Shown: positions 26,742 to 38,767 of the stretch, one piece after another
Position numbering within the stretch: the stretch's first letter is position 1
How the letters are laid out: every line of letters starts with the position of its first letter
Assembly (NCBI GenBank): GCA_030390025.1
Contig: CM059432.1
Location: 136,526,001-136,590,000 of the forward strand
DNA length: 64,000 bases
Direction of reading: 5' to 3'
Source: Squalus acanthias
Lineage: Eukaryota
Notes under the pieces: generated by a model
The model's database searches: none
What the model saw: the letters and a program-made list of their open reading frames with translations, nothing else
What the model was told of the DNA's origin: nothing
Position numbers and translations under genes: made by a program

Positions 26742-27420
26742 GGGCTAAAAATTGAGTAGCGCCCCCTTTGGAGCTACTTTTAGCGCCCCGGAAAAATTAG
26801 CACCTCCGCAACGGAAATTGAGTGGTAGTGCTCCAAGAGGGAAACGGGGTGCTACTAGAAGCGCCCCGCCTCGCTCTTGGGGCGCTGCGAGGGAATATCG
26901 CGGCGCTACGTGCCGCGGTATTGCAGGCCTTCCTCCCCTTCTTCCAGGGATCGGATGTGCTGGCAAATGAGGCCGGCACTCAAGAGAAGTGCCGGGCTCA
27001 TGGAGCGCAGCCGGCACTCCGCAGGGGGGCGGGTAAGGAGGCCGGGGACGGCAGCGGAGGCAGGTGCTGGCAGGTGGCCAGCAACAAAAATGGCCTGCCC
27101 CGCACCTCGCCTTTAAATAGCGCCTCCCCGGCCGCAGGTAGGCCCCCCCATGACCCCGTCGGACATAGCGTCCGGCGGTAAGTCAGGGGGTGCTCCCGAA
27201 GATCGCAGTTGGGGCGCGAGCGGGGCACTGCGCATGGCGATGACGTCATCGTTGGTGGCGCAGCGCCGCAGGGCGCTACTGGTTACCACCGCCACTAACC
27301 TCCCGCTGAATTTTGCGGGAGGTGTTGGCGGCGCTGCGCCCAGGCGCTAGTTGCTTTGTGCCCCATTAGCGCCCTCTTAGGGTGCTAACGGGAGGCGCAA
27401 AGCAACCGAATTTTCCCCCC
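26742..27420. mobile_element. CpG-rich Harbinger-type MITE (679 bp)
   Basis: Imperfect TIRs GGGCTAAAAATTGAGTAGC / GCAACCGAATTTTCCCCCC; CAG on both flanks (26739-26741, 27421-27423). Confidence 0.8.
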
Positions 27421-28126
27421 CAGGTGTTTTATTTAATTTTCAGATATAAGTGATCATCTGCTAATCTTCTGTTACTTTCTGTCACAGATCCAGGACCAGT
27501 GTAAATGCTGAGCAGGTCAGCCATTCCAACCTGGCAAATAAGCTAACAATTCTGAATAAATGCCAGCAGGGTGCATTCTCTGCAGACCACTGTTTGTAAA
27601 ATGATATCGATGTATGAGGTAATGGCTAACATTCAATGACTAACATCATTCTTTTCCTAAGTGAAGTTAATAGAATTGTGCAAAGAATATATTAACATTT
27701 TAAATTAATACTAAACCATTACTTTAGAGGTAAGTGCCCCAGCACTTAACTGGGTGATGTTCACCTCACAAACTTTAACAACAATTATACTAATACCAGT
27801 AGTTCATAAAAAAAGAGAAATTGTCACATTAAAAATTTGCTTAGATAGCTTTCTTTTTGTAACAGTATTAGAGGTGGATTAAGATTGAATCCTGAGGCTA
27901 TCCAGTAACAGTCGGATTTTTCTAATTCCTCAGACAAAGTTTGTGACTCACAAAGTAACACAAGTCTTTTTGACCTGCCCATTTATTCTTTCAGGACCTG
28001 AATTCACCCTTTTCTAACGGAACTCTTTGACATTTCTCACTTCCCTCGAGTGTTTGTTGCTCTGTTTACAGTAGATGTACTAACGTATCCCAAGGATCAA
28101 CTTTCCAGCCAACACACAGAGTTCAT

Positions 28127-29069
28127 AGAACATAGAACAGTACAGCACAGTACAGGCCCTTCGGCCCTCGATGTTGTGCCGAGCATTGTCCGAGACCAAG
28201 ATCAAGCTATCACACTCCCTATCACTCTGGTGTGCTCCATGTGCTTATCCAATAACCGCTTGAAAGTTCCTAAAGTGTCCGACTCCACTATCACAGCAGG
28301 CAGTCCATTCCACACCCCAACCACTCTCTGAGTAAAGAATCTACCTCGGACATCCCTTCTATATCTCCCCCCATGCACCTTATAGTTATGCCCCCTTGTA
28401 ACAGCTGCCTCTACCCGAGGAAATAGTCTCTGAACATCCACTCTATCTATCCCCCTCATCATCTTATAAACCTCTATTAAGTCGCCTCTCATCCTCCTCC
28501 GCTCTAAAGAGAAAAGCCCCAACTCCCTCAATCTTTCCTCATAAGACCTCCCCCCCAAACCAGGCAGCATCCTGGTAAATCTCCTTTGCACTCTTTCCAA
28601 TGCTTCCACGTCCTTCCTATAGTGAGGTGACCAGAACTGCACACAATATTCCAAATGTGGTCTCACCAAGGTCCTGTACAGTTGCAGCATAACCTCACGG
28701 TTCTTAAACTCAAACCCTCTGTTAATAAACGCCAACACACCATAGGCCTTCTTTACTGCTCTATCCACTTGAGTGGCAACCTTCAGAGATCTGTGGATAT
28801 GAACCCCCAGATCCCTCTGCTCCTCCACGTTCCTCAGAACCCTGCCGTTGACCCTGTAATCCTTATTCAAATTTGCCCTACCAAAATGAATCACCTCGCA
28901 CTTATCAGGGTTAAATTCCATCTGCCATTTTTCGGCCCAGCTCTGCATCCTATCAATGTCTCTTTGCAGCCTACAACTGCCCTCCACCTCATCCACTACT
29001 CCACCAATCTTGGTGTCATCAGCAAATTTACTGATCCACCCTTCAGTCCCCTCCTCCAAGTCATTGATA
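28127..29069 (-). mobile_element. Young 5'-truncated CR1 LINE
   Basis: Uninterrupted 285-aa ORF 28202..29059 with KFADDTK; AGTTCAT duplicated at 28120-28126 and 29070-29076. Confidence 0.93.
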
Positions 29070-29110
29070 AGTTCATGTTAATCACATCAGAAAATTAGAA
29101 TCTAATCATA

Positions 29111-29311
29111 CAACAACTTGCATTTATATAGCACCTTTAACAAAGTAAAATGTCCCAAGTCGCTTCACAGGAGCGTTTATCGGACAAAATTTGACACCGA
29201 GCCACCTAAGGAAATATTAGGACAGGTGACCAAAAAAGCTTGGTCAAAGAGGTAGGTTTTAAGGAGTATCTTAAAGAAGGAGAGAGAGGTAGAGAGGCGG
29301 AGAGGTTTAGA
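29111..29311 (-). mobile_element. L2 LINE 3' tip
   Basis: CAACAACTTGCATTTATATAGC terminus; probably continues at 32232 after nested insertions. Confidence 0.8.
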
Positions 29312-29318
29312 GCCATAG

Positions 29319-30152
29319 GGGGGCGATTTTGCCAGCCCTGGGGAGGCGGGTATGGAGGCGGGACTGCCGGGAAAATGGCAGAATTTGGGGGTGGGTGCCC
29401 AACCGGCCCCCAACCCGCCTCCATGCCATCTTGCCAGGAGGCGGGTAGCCGTCCCGCGCTGGGACCCGTCTCCTTGGAGGCGGGAAGGGATTAAAACCTA
29501 TTAACTGCCTGTTAACAGGTAGAAAATAGGATTATCCCCTTTTTGCTCTCACAAATGCGGGCTGCCCGAAGGCTCCGAAACCCGCCAGGTCAGCGAGGCG
29601 AGTAGTGGGTCTGCGGGGGTTGGAGGGGTCTAAAAGTGTGCTGTGGAGGTGAGCGATGAGTGCAAGTGTGGCGAGATGAGTATCTGAGGTAAGTGCAAAG
29701 TGTTAGAAAAAGTGTACTTACCTTTGTTTCTTCCTGCAGGCTTCAGTCGGTGGGTATACGGAGAGTCTCGCACCTCCTCAGTAGAGATGACAGATGGCCG
29801 CTGCATTCTCCAATGCAACAACCATCTCATTTCTGCAAAAGAAAGAGGTTTGATGAGGTCTTGAATTCAAGAACACATCAAACTACAGAGAATGTCAGTG
29901 TTTGACAGCCTCACAGAGCTCTCAAACGATGACAATTCATCCATCAAAAATTTTTGACAGATGAAATGTCATACGTTGACTTTCTCTGCAACCGGCTTTC
30001 CCTTAATTGGCCTGCTAACCCCGCTGGGTGGGCTTAACAAGGTCAATCAAGGGAAAATAGTGTGTGTTGGCCAGAAGTTGATGGAGGCAGGACTGAAACC
30101 CAACAAGTGGGAGTCCCGCCTCCAAAAGCTCACCATTGGCAAAATCACCCCC
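29319..30152. mobile_element. Harbinger-type non-autonomous element, family A copy 2
   Basis: TIRs GGGGGCGATTTTGCC / GGCAAAATCACCCCC; ATA(G) on both flanks; sits in a CR1 CATAGAGT tail. Confidence 0.85.
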
Positions 30153-30230
30153 ATAGAGTCATAGGGCTGGATTTTGAATGACCCATGGAGTCGGGTTTGG
30201 AGGCGTGTGGGGGGTTAAATTTGCGGGGTC

Positions 30231-32230
30231 ATAGAGTCATAACGGCACAGAAGGAGGCCATTCGGCCCATTGAGTCTGTGCCGGCTTGCTGTGGAGCAAT
30301 CCAGTCAGTCCCATTCCCCCGCTCTATCCCCGTAGCCCTGCAAGTTTATTTCCCTCAAGTGCCTATCCAGTCTCCCCTTGAAAACATTGAGGGCTGGATT
30401 TTGTCTTGGGGTCGGGTTGGGGTCGTGTAATCCGCATTTCGTGTTTCCCCCCCGACTCCAGATTAATGTGGATGAATGATGCAATTTTCACTTAATTGGG
30501 CAATTGAGTTCCAGCATGTGGGAACCCATGAACCAATTAGTGGTTTCAGTCTGAAAGTCGCCTCTGATGATGTCATCATTGCTGACTGCCTAGTCTCAGA
30601 GACTGTTGGTGAGAGAGGACCTGCCTGGCTTGCTTTTGATGTGAGTGGACCTGGATGCAAAATATGGGGGGGGGGAAGAGAGAGAGAGAGAGAGAGAGAA
30701 TGAATTTTTTTTGCATCCAAGTCCTCTCACAGCAAAGGCCAGGCAGTCTCTGAACACATTCAATGCAGCAGCGGCGACTTTCAGGCCTAATACTACTACT
30801 ACCTTCATCACATCTCCGTTGTAATAGTGGACCTGCAGCTGATAGTCAGCTGTCCACTTGTGCTCCTGCCAGGTTTCACTGGAGTGTTTCACACCAGGCG
30901 TACTTCACGTCAGAAAAGGGTTAAACTAGCTAAAACGTTTCAAAATGGCATTACAGAGCCAATTTAGAGCTTGTTAAGGGCTTTAATGGCCTCTCCCGCC
31001 TCTTGGAGGCGGGACGGAGGCGGGAACCCCGCGACTGATTTTGTCAAAATTGCGTGGAGGCGGGATGGAGTCGGGATGGAGTCGGAAACCCCGACCCCGC
31101 AAATTTAACCCCCACATGCCTCCAAACCAGACTCCATGGGTCATTCAAAATCCAGCCCTGAGTGTCTCTGCTTCCACCACTTCCGTCGGCAGTGAGTTCC
31201 AGGTCCTCATCACTCGCTGCGTAAAAAAGTTTTCCCTCACATTCCCCCTGTATCTCTTGCCCAAAACCTTAAACCTGTGTCCCCTAGTCCTTGTACCACC
31301 AACTAGTGGGAACAGCCTTTCCCCATCTTAGCCTATCTAAACCCATCATAAACTTGTACACCTCTATCAAATCACCCCTCAATGTCCTTTGCTCTAATGA
31401 AAACAAATCCAGCTTCTCAACCTGTCCTTGTAGCTAAGATCCCCCATCCCCGGAACCATTCTGGTAAATCTCCTCTGCACCCTCTCAAGGGCCTTCACAT
31501 CCTTCCTAAAGTGTGGTAACCAGAACTGGACGCAATACTCCAGTTGTGGCCTAACCAGCACTTTATGAAGGTTCAGCATAACTTCTCTACTTTTGTACTT
31601 AAGGCCTCTATTTATGAAGCCCAAGATCCCATATGCTTTGCTAACCACTCTCTCAATATGTCCTGCCACCTTCAGGGACCTATGCACATTAACTCCCAGG
31701 TCCCTCTGTCCCTGCACACTCTAAAACTGTGCCATTAAGTGTATATTGCCTCTCCCTGTTCCTTCTGCCAAGATGCATCACCTCGCACTTCTCTGTATTA
31801 AATTCCATCTGCCACTTGTCTGCCCATTCTGCTAGCCTTTCTATGTCCTGCTGCAGTCGATTAGTATCATCCTCACTGTTTGCCACACCTCCAAGTTTGG
31901 TGTCATCGGCAAATTTAGAAATTCCAATATCCAGGTCATTTATATATATATCACAAAAAGCAGTGGCCCCAGCACTGACCCTTGGGGAACACCACTGTCT
32001 ACCATCCTCCAGTCTGAAAAACAGCCATTTACCACAACTTGCTGTTTTCTATCCTTAAGCCAATGCCTTATCCAAGCTGCCACTGACCCACCTATTCCAT
32101 GAGCCTCAATTTTGTTAACCAGCCTTCTACGTGGTACTTTGTCAAACGCCGTCCTAAAATCCATGTAGACAACATCCATTGCATTCTCTTCATCAATCCC
32201 CCCTGTTACTTCGTCAAAAAATTCAATTAG
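30231..32230 (-). mobile_element. CR1 LINE 3' fragment interrupted by a MITE
   Basis: ORFs 31394..31717, 31689..31886 and 31940..32179 (GVPQGSVLGP, RDLGV, VRPQLEYC); CATAGAGT tail. Confidence 0.88.
30391..31158. mobile_element. Harbinger-type MITE (768 bp)
   Basis: Perfect 13-bp TIR GGGCTGGATTTTG / CAAAATCCAGCCC; TGA TSD (30388-30390, 31159-31161); internal minus-strand LKVAAAALNVF resembles transposase [10 protein letters not shown]. Confidence 0.88.
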
Positions 32231-32231
32231 A

Positions 32232-32475
32232 TTTGGGAGGGAATTCCAGAGGTTGGGGCCTAGGCAGCTGAAGGCACGGACGCCAATGGTACAGTGAAGG
32301 AAATTGGGGATGCGAAAAGGCCAGAATTGGAGGAATACAGAGTGCTCGGAGGGTTGTCGGGCTGGAGGAGCTTATAGAGATGGGGCATGGGGGCGATGCC
32401 ATGGAGGGATTTGAACACACGGATGAGAATTTTAAATTTGTGGCGTTACTGGACCGGGAGCCAATGAAGGTCATA
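32232..32475 (-). mobile_element. L2 LINE fragment
   Basis: Begins near the L2 position where 29111-29311 stops (GGGAGGGAATTCCAGAG). Confidence 0.7.
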
Positions 32476-33034
32476 ACTACCCATGAAGAAGCCATTAAAG
32501 TTTATTTTGCTTGAGATGGGACTTGAAAAGCTTGTTAACACTGTCTAGACTTGCATAGGTAAACAGGAGCTAGCTTCCATGGAACTGTACCACAGTGTAA
32601 TCATCACAATCGGGGGCCAATAGAAAAAAGAAACAAATAGGAATCGTAAAACCTGAAAAACAAGATTCACAGGTCATATGTTACCATACAGGTCCTAACC
32701 AAAGTATTATTATTTCATGTACGTTGTAACACCTCCACCATGCAACCACAATAAAGATGCCCACGGGATAAACTAATGTAAGTAGAAAACAAACTTTACA
32801 GTATTCAGCTTCTATTATACACCTATCAAGTTGCTGGCCGTGGAGTTAAGACAGCAAATTGATCTTGGCAGCAGTTCTGTTGACGTTCGTGAACAGTCAA
32901 AAGTTTTGCACTGTGGCTGGTGACGTCATCAGAACCCTTTAATTGAATGACAGTACCAAAACTCACTGCCAGCTGCCTCTTACCTTACATTTATAAAGCT
33001 TTCAAAGCTATTTGGGAACAAGCTGAAGATAGAA

Positions 33035-33500
33035 AAGAAATAAAGAAAGACTTGCATTTATATAGCACCTTTTACAACCTCAGGCTGTCCCAAAGCGCTT
33101 TACAACCAATTAAGTACTTTTTGAAGTGTAGTCACCGTTGTAATGTAGGGAAATGCGGCAGCCAATTTGCGCACAGCAAGGTCCCACAAACAGCAATGAG
33201 ATAATGACCAGATCAACTGTTTTAATGAAATAGAAACAGAAAATGCTGGAAATACTCAGCAGGTCAGGCAGCATCTGTAGAGAGAGAAACAGAGTTAATG
33301 TTTCAGGACCTGAAACGTTGACTCTGTTTCTCCCTCTCTACAGATGCTGCCTGACCCTGCTGAGTATTTCCAGCATTTTCTGTTTTTATTTCAGATTTCC
33401 AGCATCCGCAGTATTTTGCTTTTGTATTATCTGTTTTAATGATGTTGATTGAGGGATAAATATTGGTCAGGATACCGGGAAGGATTCCCCTCCTCTTCTT
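33035..33500 (-). mobile_element. SINE 3' half interrupted by a Penelope-derived hairpin
   Basis: AAAGAAAGACTTGCATTTATATAGC tail; SINE resumes at 33443. Confidence 0.75.
33229..33430. mobile_element. Penelope pLTR-derived fold-back insertion
   Basis: ~80-bp inverted arms centred on TTTCAGG-A-CCTGAAA (33308); similar to 42640-42752; CTGTTTTAATGA duplicated at 33217-33228 and 33431-33442. Confidence 0.85.
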
Positions 33501-34702
33501 ATACAGATAGAATATTACACCGAAAGAAGAACGATCCTTGCATCTTTTGTGTGAAGAATAACGCTGGAATTTTGTACTTACACTAACTTAGATACTTCAA
33601 ATGAAAATGCTGCATGCTCCAGACGTTTTTATTTTACTGATTCGACGCAACAAAAGAAGTGTCTTCTCTTTGAAAATCTTAGGCTTATCCTTCACTCTTG
33701 CGTAAGTTAGCTAAACGTAACTTTTTCAATTGCCGAGCTCACACCTCCAACAGGAACGGCTGCAACTGAGAGAAGAGAATTAGTTCAGCTTGCCATGCAT
33801 GCCCAATCCATCCCATAGTTTTCTATTCATGCCCTCCTCTGCTGCTCATGCTCAACTGGAACCAGTTAAGACTTTCATTGTTCAGCACTTTTTTTAAATT
33901 TTATTTGTTTCCTTCCAGTCAGGCACATGTTAAAAACTGACCCCCTAGCAATCCCTTTTCTTCCCCCCCCCCCCCCCCACCCACCCTCTCATGAGAGCAC
34001 ATGACTTAGTGATTATCTCCTCTCCTAATCAAAGGGACAGAGATGAAAAAGATTTTATGAATAAAAAGTTCCCCTTCAGGAAGATTGGAAATGAACGATT
34101 AGTAAAATGCTCCCGATGTTGCTCACAGACCCCCCTCATTGAGTGCCAGCTGGGAAGGGCAGGTCCAGCAGAATAGTGGTGAATGGTGCATCTGGAAGTT
34201 ATTTGCGATAGGGATTAAGAGTTGCGGTGTATATTGATACTGCTTCTGGCCACAAAGTGCTCACTCTGCCGAAACAAAAAAAAAATGTTGCTTGCTTACA
34301 TTACTGCTTCCTCTCAATCCTTAATCATTATCTGCGTGCTTTTTTTTATTTTACCCGTTCACGTGCAATTATAACTGTGCCTGCCACCAAAGCGGTCTTT
34401 GGAACCACAAGGTGGGGGGAAAAAAAAAGGACTGCGGGCAAAACATCTTTTGGTATATCTTGCGGAGAAATGATGCCCTGACAGCGTTGTTAATTGCTGC
34501 TAGATGAAAGCAACAAGAAAATATGCTACCGGCACGCCAACAGATCCTGAAGAAATCAAATGATCAATTTTATAATGGCAATCTCAAACTTGCTATTTTA
34601 TGATGGCTTTCCAATAGTCCTAAAGCGTGCCCTGTCCATCAGGGCGCACTCCTGCCCTGCTGATATACGAGGAAAAACCTGTCCTAGTGGGTAGAGGTAT
34701 TA

Positions 34703-35112
34703 CAACAATAGTAACCTGCATGTATATAGCATCTTTAACAGAGTAAAATGTCCCAATGCACTTCACGGGTGCGTAGTCAGACAAAATTTGACACCGAGCT
34801 ACATAAGGAGATATTAACACAGGTGAACAAAAGCTTGGGTAAAGAGGTAGGTTTTTTTTAGCAGCGTCTTAAAGGAGGAGAGAGAGGTAGAGAGGCGGAG
34901 AGGTAGAAGGAGGGAATTCCAGAGATTAGGGCCTAGTCAGCAGAAGGCACAGCCGCCAATAGAGGGGCGAAGGAAATGGCGGATGCACAAGAGGCCAAAA
35001 TTGGAGGAATGCAAAGTTCTCGGAGGGTTGTAGCTCTGGAGGAGGTTACAGAGATAGGGAGGGGGCGAGGCCATTGAGGGATTTGAAAACAAGGATGAGA
35101 ATTTGAAATTGA
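34703..35112 (-). mobile_element. L2 LINE 3' fragment
   Basis: Collinear with the other L2 3' ends. Confidence 0.8.
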
Positions 35113-35745
35113 AATATTATTGCTGCTAATCCAGATGAAGCGGCACCATCTGCAGATGAAGATGACCACCAAGTGGAAATAGAAAGCAAAGTCGGGCGAA
35201 GTGTGTAACAAGTGGCCGATCCAATATCGCCCATTTTATGCACCCCCACCCACACCCGCCCTCCCCATCGAAATTCGAAGTTCAGGGCGTATATTTAACC
35301 CACTCCATGCACTGCTGAACCAGTTATCTGGTGATGTACCGCAAAGCCTCAGTCATTTGCCTTCTGGTTCCCTCCCTCCTTCCTCTTTGTGGATAATCTA
35401 CACACAGTACCCTGATAGTACAGCTGGGATTGGGAACAGCCCCCTGTTAGGAAACTAAGCTCAAGTCCTACCGCTTTGTAGCACAGCAGCACTGTGACAA
35501 AATCTCATGTGCTACCTTTTAATTGGAAATTTGGTATTAAAGTTGTTCAAAGGAATTCCTCACAGCTTGAAAGCATACCAAAGCAGAAATTATTGCACAT
35601 AAGTAGTTTTATGAATCTCAAATTTACACTCAGAGGGCCGTTTATCATGATTTGATTTCGAGGAGGTAACACAGACACCGACAGCAATGTTTTTGGAATT
35701 TCATTTAACAGCACAGATGTATTGTTTGTTCATCTTAGTTTTAAA

Positions 35746-35930
35746 ACAACAACAACTTGTATTTATATAGCACGTTTAACGTAACAACTTCCCAAGGCAC
35801 GTCACAGGAGGGTCATCAAACAAAGTTTGACACCGAGCCACATAAGGAGATATTAGGACAGGTGACCAAAAGCTTGGTCAAAGAGGTAGGTTTTAAGGAG
35901 CATCTCAAAGGAGAAGAGAGGTAGAGAGGC
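35746..35930 (-). mobile_element. L2 LINE 3' tip
   Basis: (AAC)n tail then TTGTATTTATATAGC. Confidence 0.8.
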
Positions 35931-35999
35931 TACATCCTAAATGTGTCCATGATTTCTTTGGTAACCAACCTGACAGGATAACAGCACAGGTAGTGTAAA

Positions 36000-36370
36000 G
36001 AAAGAAAAGAAAGACTTGCATTTATATAGCGCCTTTCATGACCACCGGACGTCTCAAAGCCAATTTGCACACAGCAAGCTCCCACAGACAGCAATGTGAT
36101 AGTCACCAGATAATCTGTTTTTGTTATGTCGATTGAGGGATAAATATTGGCCAGGACACTGGGGAGAACTCCCCTGCTCCTCTTCGAAATAGTGCCATGG
36201 GACCTTTCACCTGGTTTAACGTCTCATCCGAAAGATGGCATCTCCGACAGTGCAGCACTCCCTCAGCACTGCACTGGAGTGTCAGCCTGGATTTTTGTGC
36301 TCGAGTCTCTGGAGTGGGACTCGAACCCACAACCTTCTGACTCAGAGGCGACGGTGCTACCCACTGAGCC
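36000..36370 (-). mobile_element. Deu-core tRNA-derived SINE
   Basis: Minus-strand head GGCTCAGTGGGTAGCACC (A box) and GGTTCGAGTCCC (B box), then core and tail. Confidence 0.85.
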
Positions 36371-36590
36371 AGGTAGAGCAGTATCTAGTGTAGGCAGTAT
36401 CTAGCCATTCCATCCCCACACTAACATGCTCCAACTTTCCCAATACCACAGGTTACTAGAACTCCCTCAATGGCTTACTAAGTCAGTATGCTGCATGCTG
36501 TGGTACTGAGCCATACAAACTACGTTCAACCTGTGCTCTATGTGCAAATTAGCAGCGGTCAAATTATGGGTGCTGCTTTAGTCATCAATG

Positions 36591-36759
36591 ATGCGGAGAT
36601 GCCTGGTGTTGGACTGGGGTGGACAAAAATGAGAAGTCGCACAACACCAGGTTATAGTCCAACAGTTTTATTTAAAATTACGAGCTTTCGGAAGCTCCGA
36701 AAGCTCGTAATTTTAAATAAAACTGTTGGACTATAACCTGGTGTTGTGCGACTTCTCAT
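36591..36759. mobile_element. Penelope pLTR-derived perfect palindrome insertion
   Basis: 67-bp perfect arms 36626-36692 / 36696-36762 with a 3-nt loop; TTTAGTCATCAATG duplicated at 36577-36590 and 36760-36773; arm homologous to 45450-45517. Confidence 0.85.
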
Positions 36760-36789
36760 TTTAGTCATCAATGGCAGTGTATAAGGGAG

Positions 36790-37445
36790 GGGAAAGATTA
36801 GCCTATTCAACGCTGAGCCTAGCTTCCGACCCCATATCCTCTCCATCACTAAGACCGTCTACCTCCACCTCCGTAATATCGTCCATCCCTGTTACTGCCT
36901 CAGGCCATCTGCTGCTAAAACCCCCATCCATGCCTTTGTTACCTCCAGACTCGACTATTTCAATGTTCTCTTGGCCATCACACCTTGCACCCTCCGTAAA
37001 CTTCAGCTCATCCAAAACTCTGCTGCCCCTACGCTAACTCGCACCAGGTCCCGTTGAACTTCACTCCTGTGCATGTTGACCTCTATTGGCTCCCAGTCCG
37101 GCAACGCCTCGAATTAAAAATTTGCATTCTTGTGTTCAAATCCCTCCATGGCCTCGCCCCTCCCTATCTCTGTAACCCCACCCCTCCAGCCCTACAACCC
37201 AACAAGATCTCTGCGCTCCTCCAATTCTGGCCTCTTGTGCATCCCTGATTTTAATCGCTCCACCATTGGCGGCCATGCCTTCAGCTGCCTAGGCCCTAAT
37301 CTCTACTTCTTTGACCAAACTTTTGGTCACCTGTCCTAATATCTCCTTATGTGGCTCGGTGTCACATTCTGTCTGATAACGCTCCTGTGAAGCGCCTTAG
37401 GACGTTTTATTTTGTTAAAGGCGCTATATAAATGTGAGTTGCTGT
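36790..37445 (+). mobile_element. L2 LINE 3' fragment
   Basis: DLYWLPVRQRLELKI; ends AAAGGCGCTATATAAATG...GTTGCTG. Confidence 0.85.
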
Positions 37446-37978
37446 AGTAGCCAGCATTCCTGCTCCTGATCCCTGCTGAAAAATGCATATGTGTGGATTT
37501 TGGGAGAGGACTGGACCAGGCTTGACTGTGATGGCCATAGCTGAATGGCGTTGCAAATGTCACGGCTCAACACACAAAGAGTGGGCACTTGGGAGAAATA
37601 CCAGCGAGCTACATGCTGACAGGGATCTGTACCCCATCAAGAGTCAACAAATTCAGGAGAGGATTGGAACAGATTGGGAAGAAAGACATTTTTAATGATA
37701 CAGAACCACGGCACTAATGCTAGAAGAGTATTGAAAGTGTAAAGTTGCTACCTATTGTGTCAGTAAAAATACCCAAAGAGGAAAACATGAACCTGTCAGA
37801 ATTGGATTTTCTTGATGTAATTCTGTGGCCATTTCTATAATAAATTAATTTGGTGTAAAATGCTATCTTTCTTCAAGTTCAGTCAATGGACAGTATCCTT
37901 AGCAGCTGCTTCAGGGTATTGTCCTTTTCTTCCCTTATTGTCCTTATTGCTGACTCCATCATATTTAAGCTCTGCTTT

Positions 37979-38637
37979 ATTATTTAGGAAGGATATACTT
38001 GCCATAGAGGGAGTGCAACGAAGGTTCACCAGACTGGTTCCTGAGATGGGGGGATTGTCCTACGAGGACAGATTGAGTAGACCTGAAACGTTAACTCTGT
38101 TTCTCTCTCCACGGATGCTGCCTGGCCTGCTGAGTTTTTCCAGCGTTTTCTGTTGTTGTTTCGGATTTCCAGCATCCGCAGTATTTTGCTATTGTTGAGT
38201 AGACTAGGCCTATATTCTCTAGAGTTTAGAAGAATGAGAGGTGATCTCATTGAAACATACAAAATTCTTACAGGGCTTGACAGGGTAGATGCAGGGAGGA
38301 TGTTTCCCCTGGCTGGGAAGTCTAGAACCAGGGGTCACAGTCTCAGAATAAGGGGTCAGCCAATTAGGACTGAGATGAGGAGAAATTTCTTCACTCAGAG
38401 GGTGGTGAATCTTTGGAATTCTCTACCCCAGAGGGCTGTGGAGGCTCAGTCGTTGAGTATATTCAAAACAGAGATCGATAGATTTTTGAATATTAAGGGA
38501 ATCAAGGGATATGGGGATAGTGCAAGAAAGTGGAGATGAGGTAGAAGATCAGCCATGATCTTATTGAATGGCGGAGCAGGCTCGAAGGGCCAAATGGCCG
38601 ACTCCTGCTCCTAATTCTTATGTTCTTATGTTCTTAT
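37979..38637 (+). mobile_element. CR1 LINE 3' fragment interrupted by a Penelope insert
   Basis: KDILAIEGVQRRFTRL, RGDLIETYK; TTCTTATG tail. Confidence 0.9.
38083..38194 (+). mobile_element. Short Penelope pLTR fragment with 10-bp TSD
   Basis: TTGAGTAGAC at 38073-38082 and 38195-38204; insert CTGAAACGTTAACTCTG...GCAGTATTTTGCTATTG matches 42640-42753. Confidence 0.85.
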
Positions 38638-38767
38638 TAGTATTAGTAATGCTGCAACAATGCTTGTGCTTATTCAGGATTACAATTCAAATAATATTTT
38701 CTCAAGTTCTGTACGTCATTAGCAAGTCCTAGCTTTCAAAACACTGCGACAAATAGATATGGTTTAA

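Noticed and set aside
26745..27350. Cluster of overlapping ORFs on both strands
   Set aside because: Expected from stop-codon scarcity in a GC-rich MITE; no protein motifs.
36300..36372. tRNA gene (A and B boxes on the minus strand)
   Set aside because: It is the tRNA-derived head of a SINE, continuous with the SINE core and tail.
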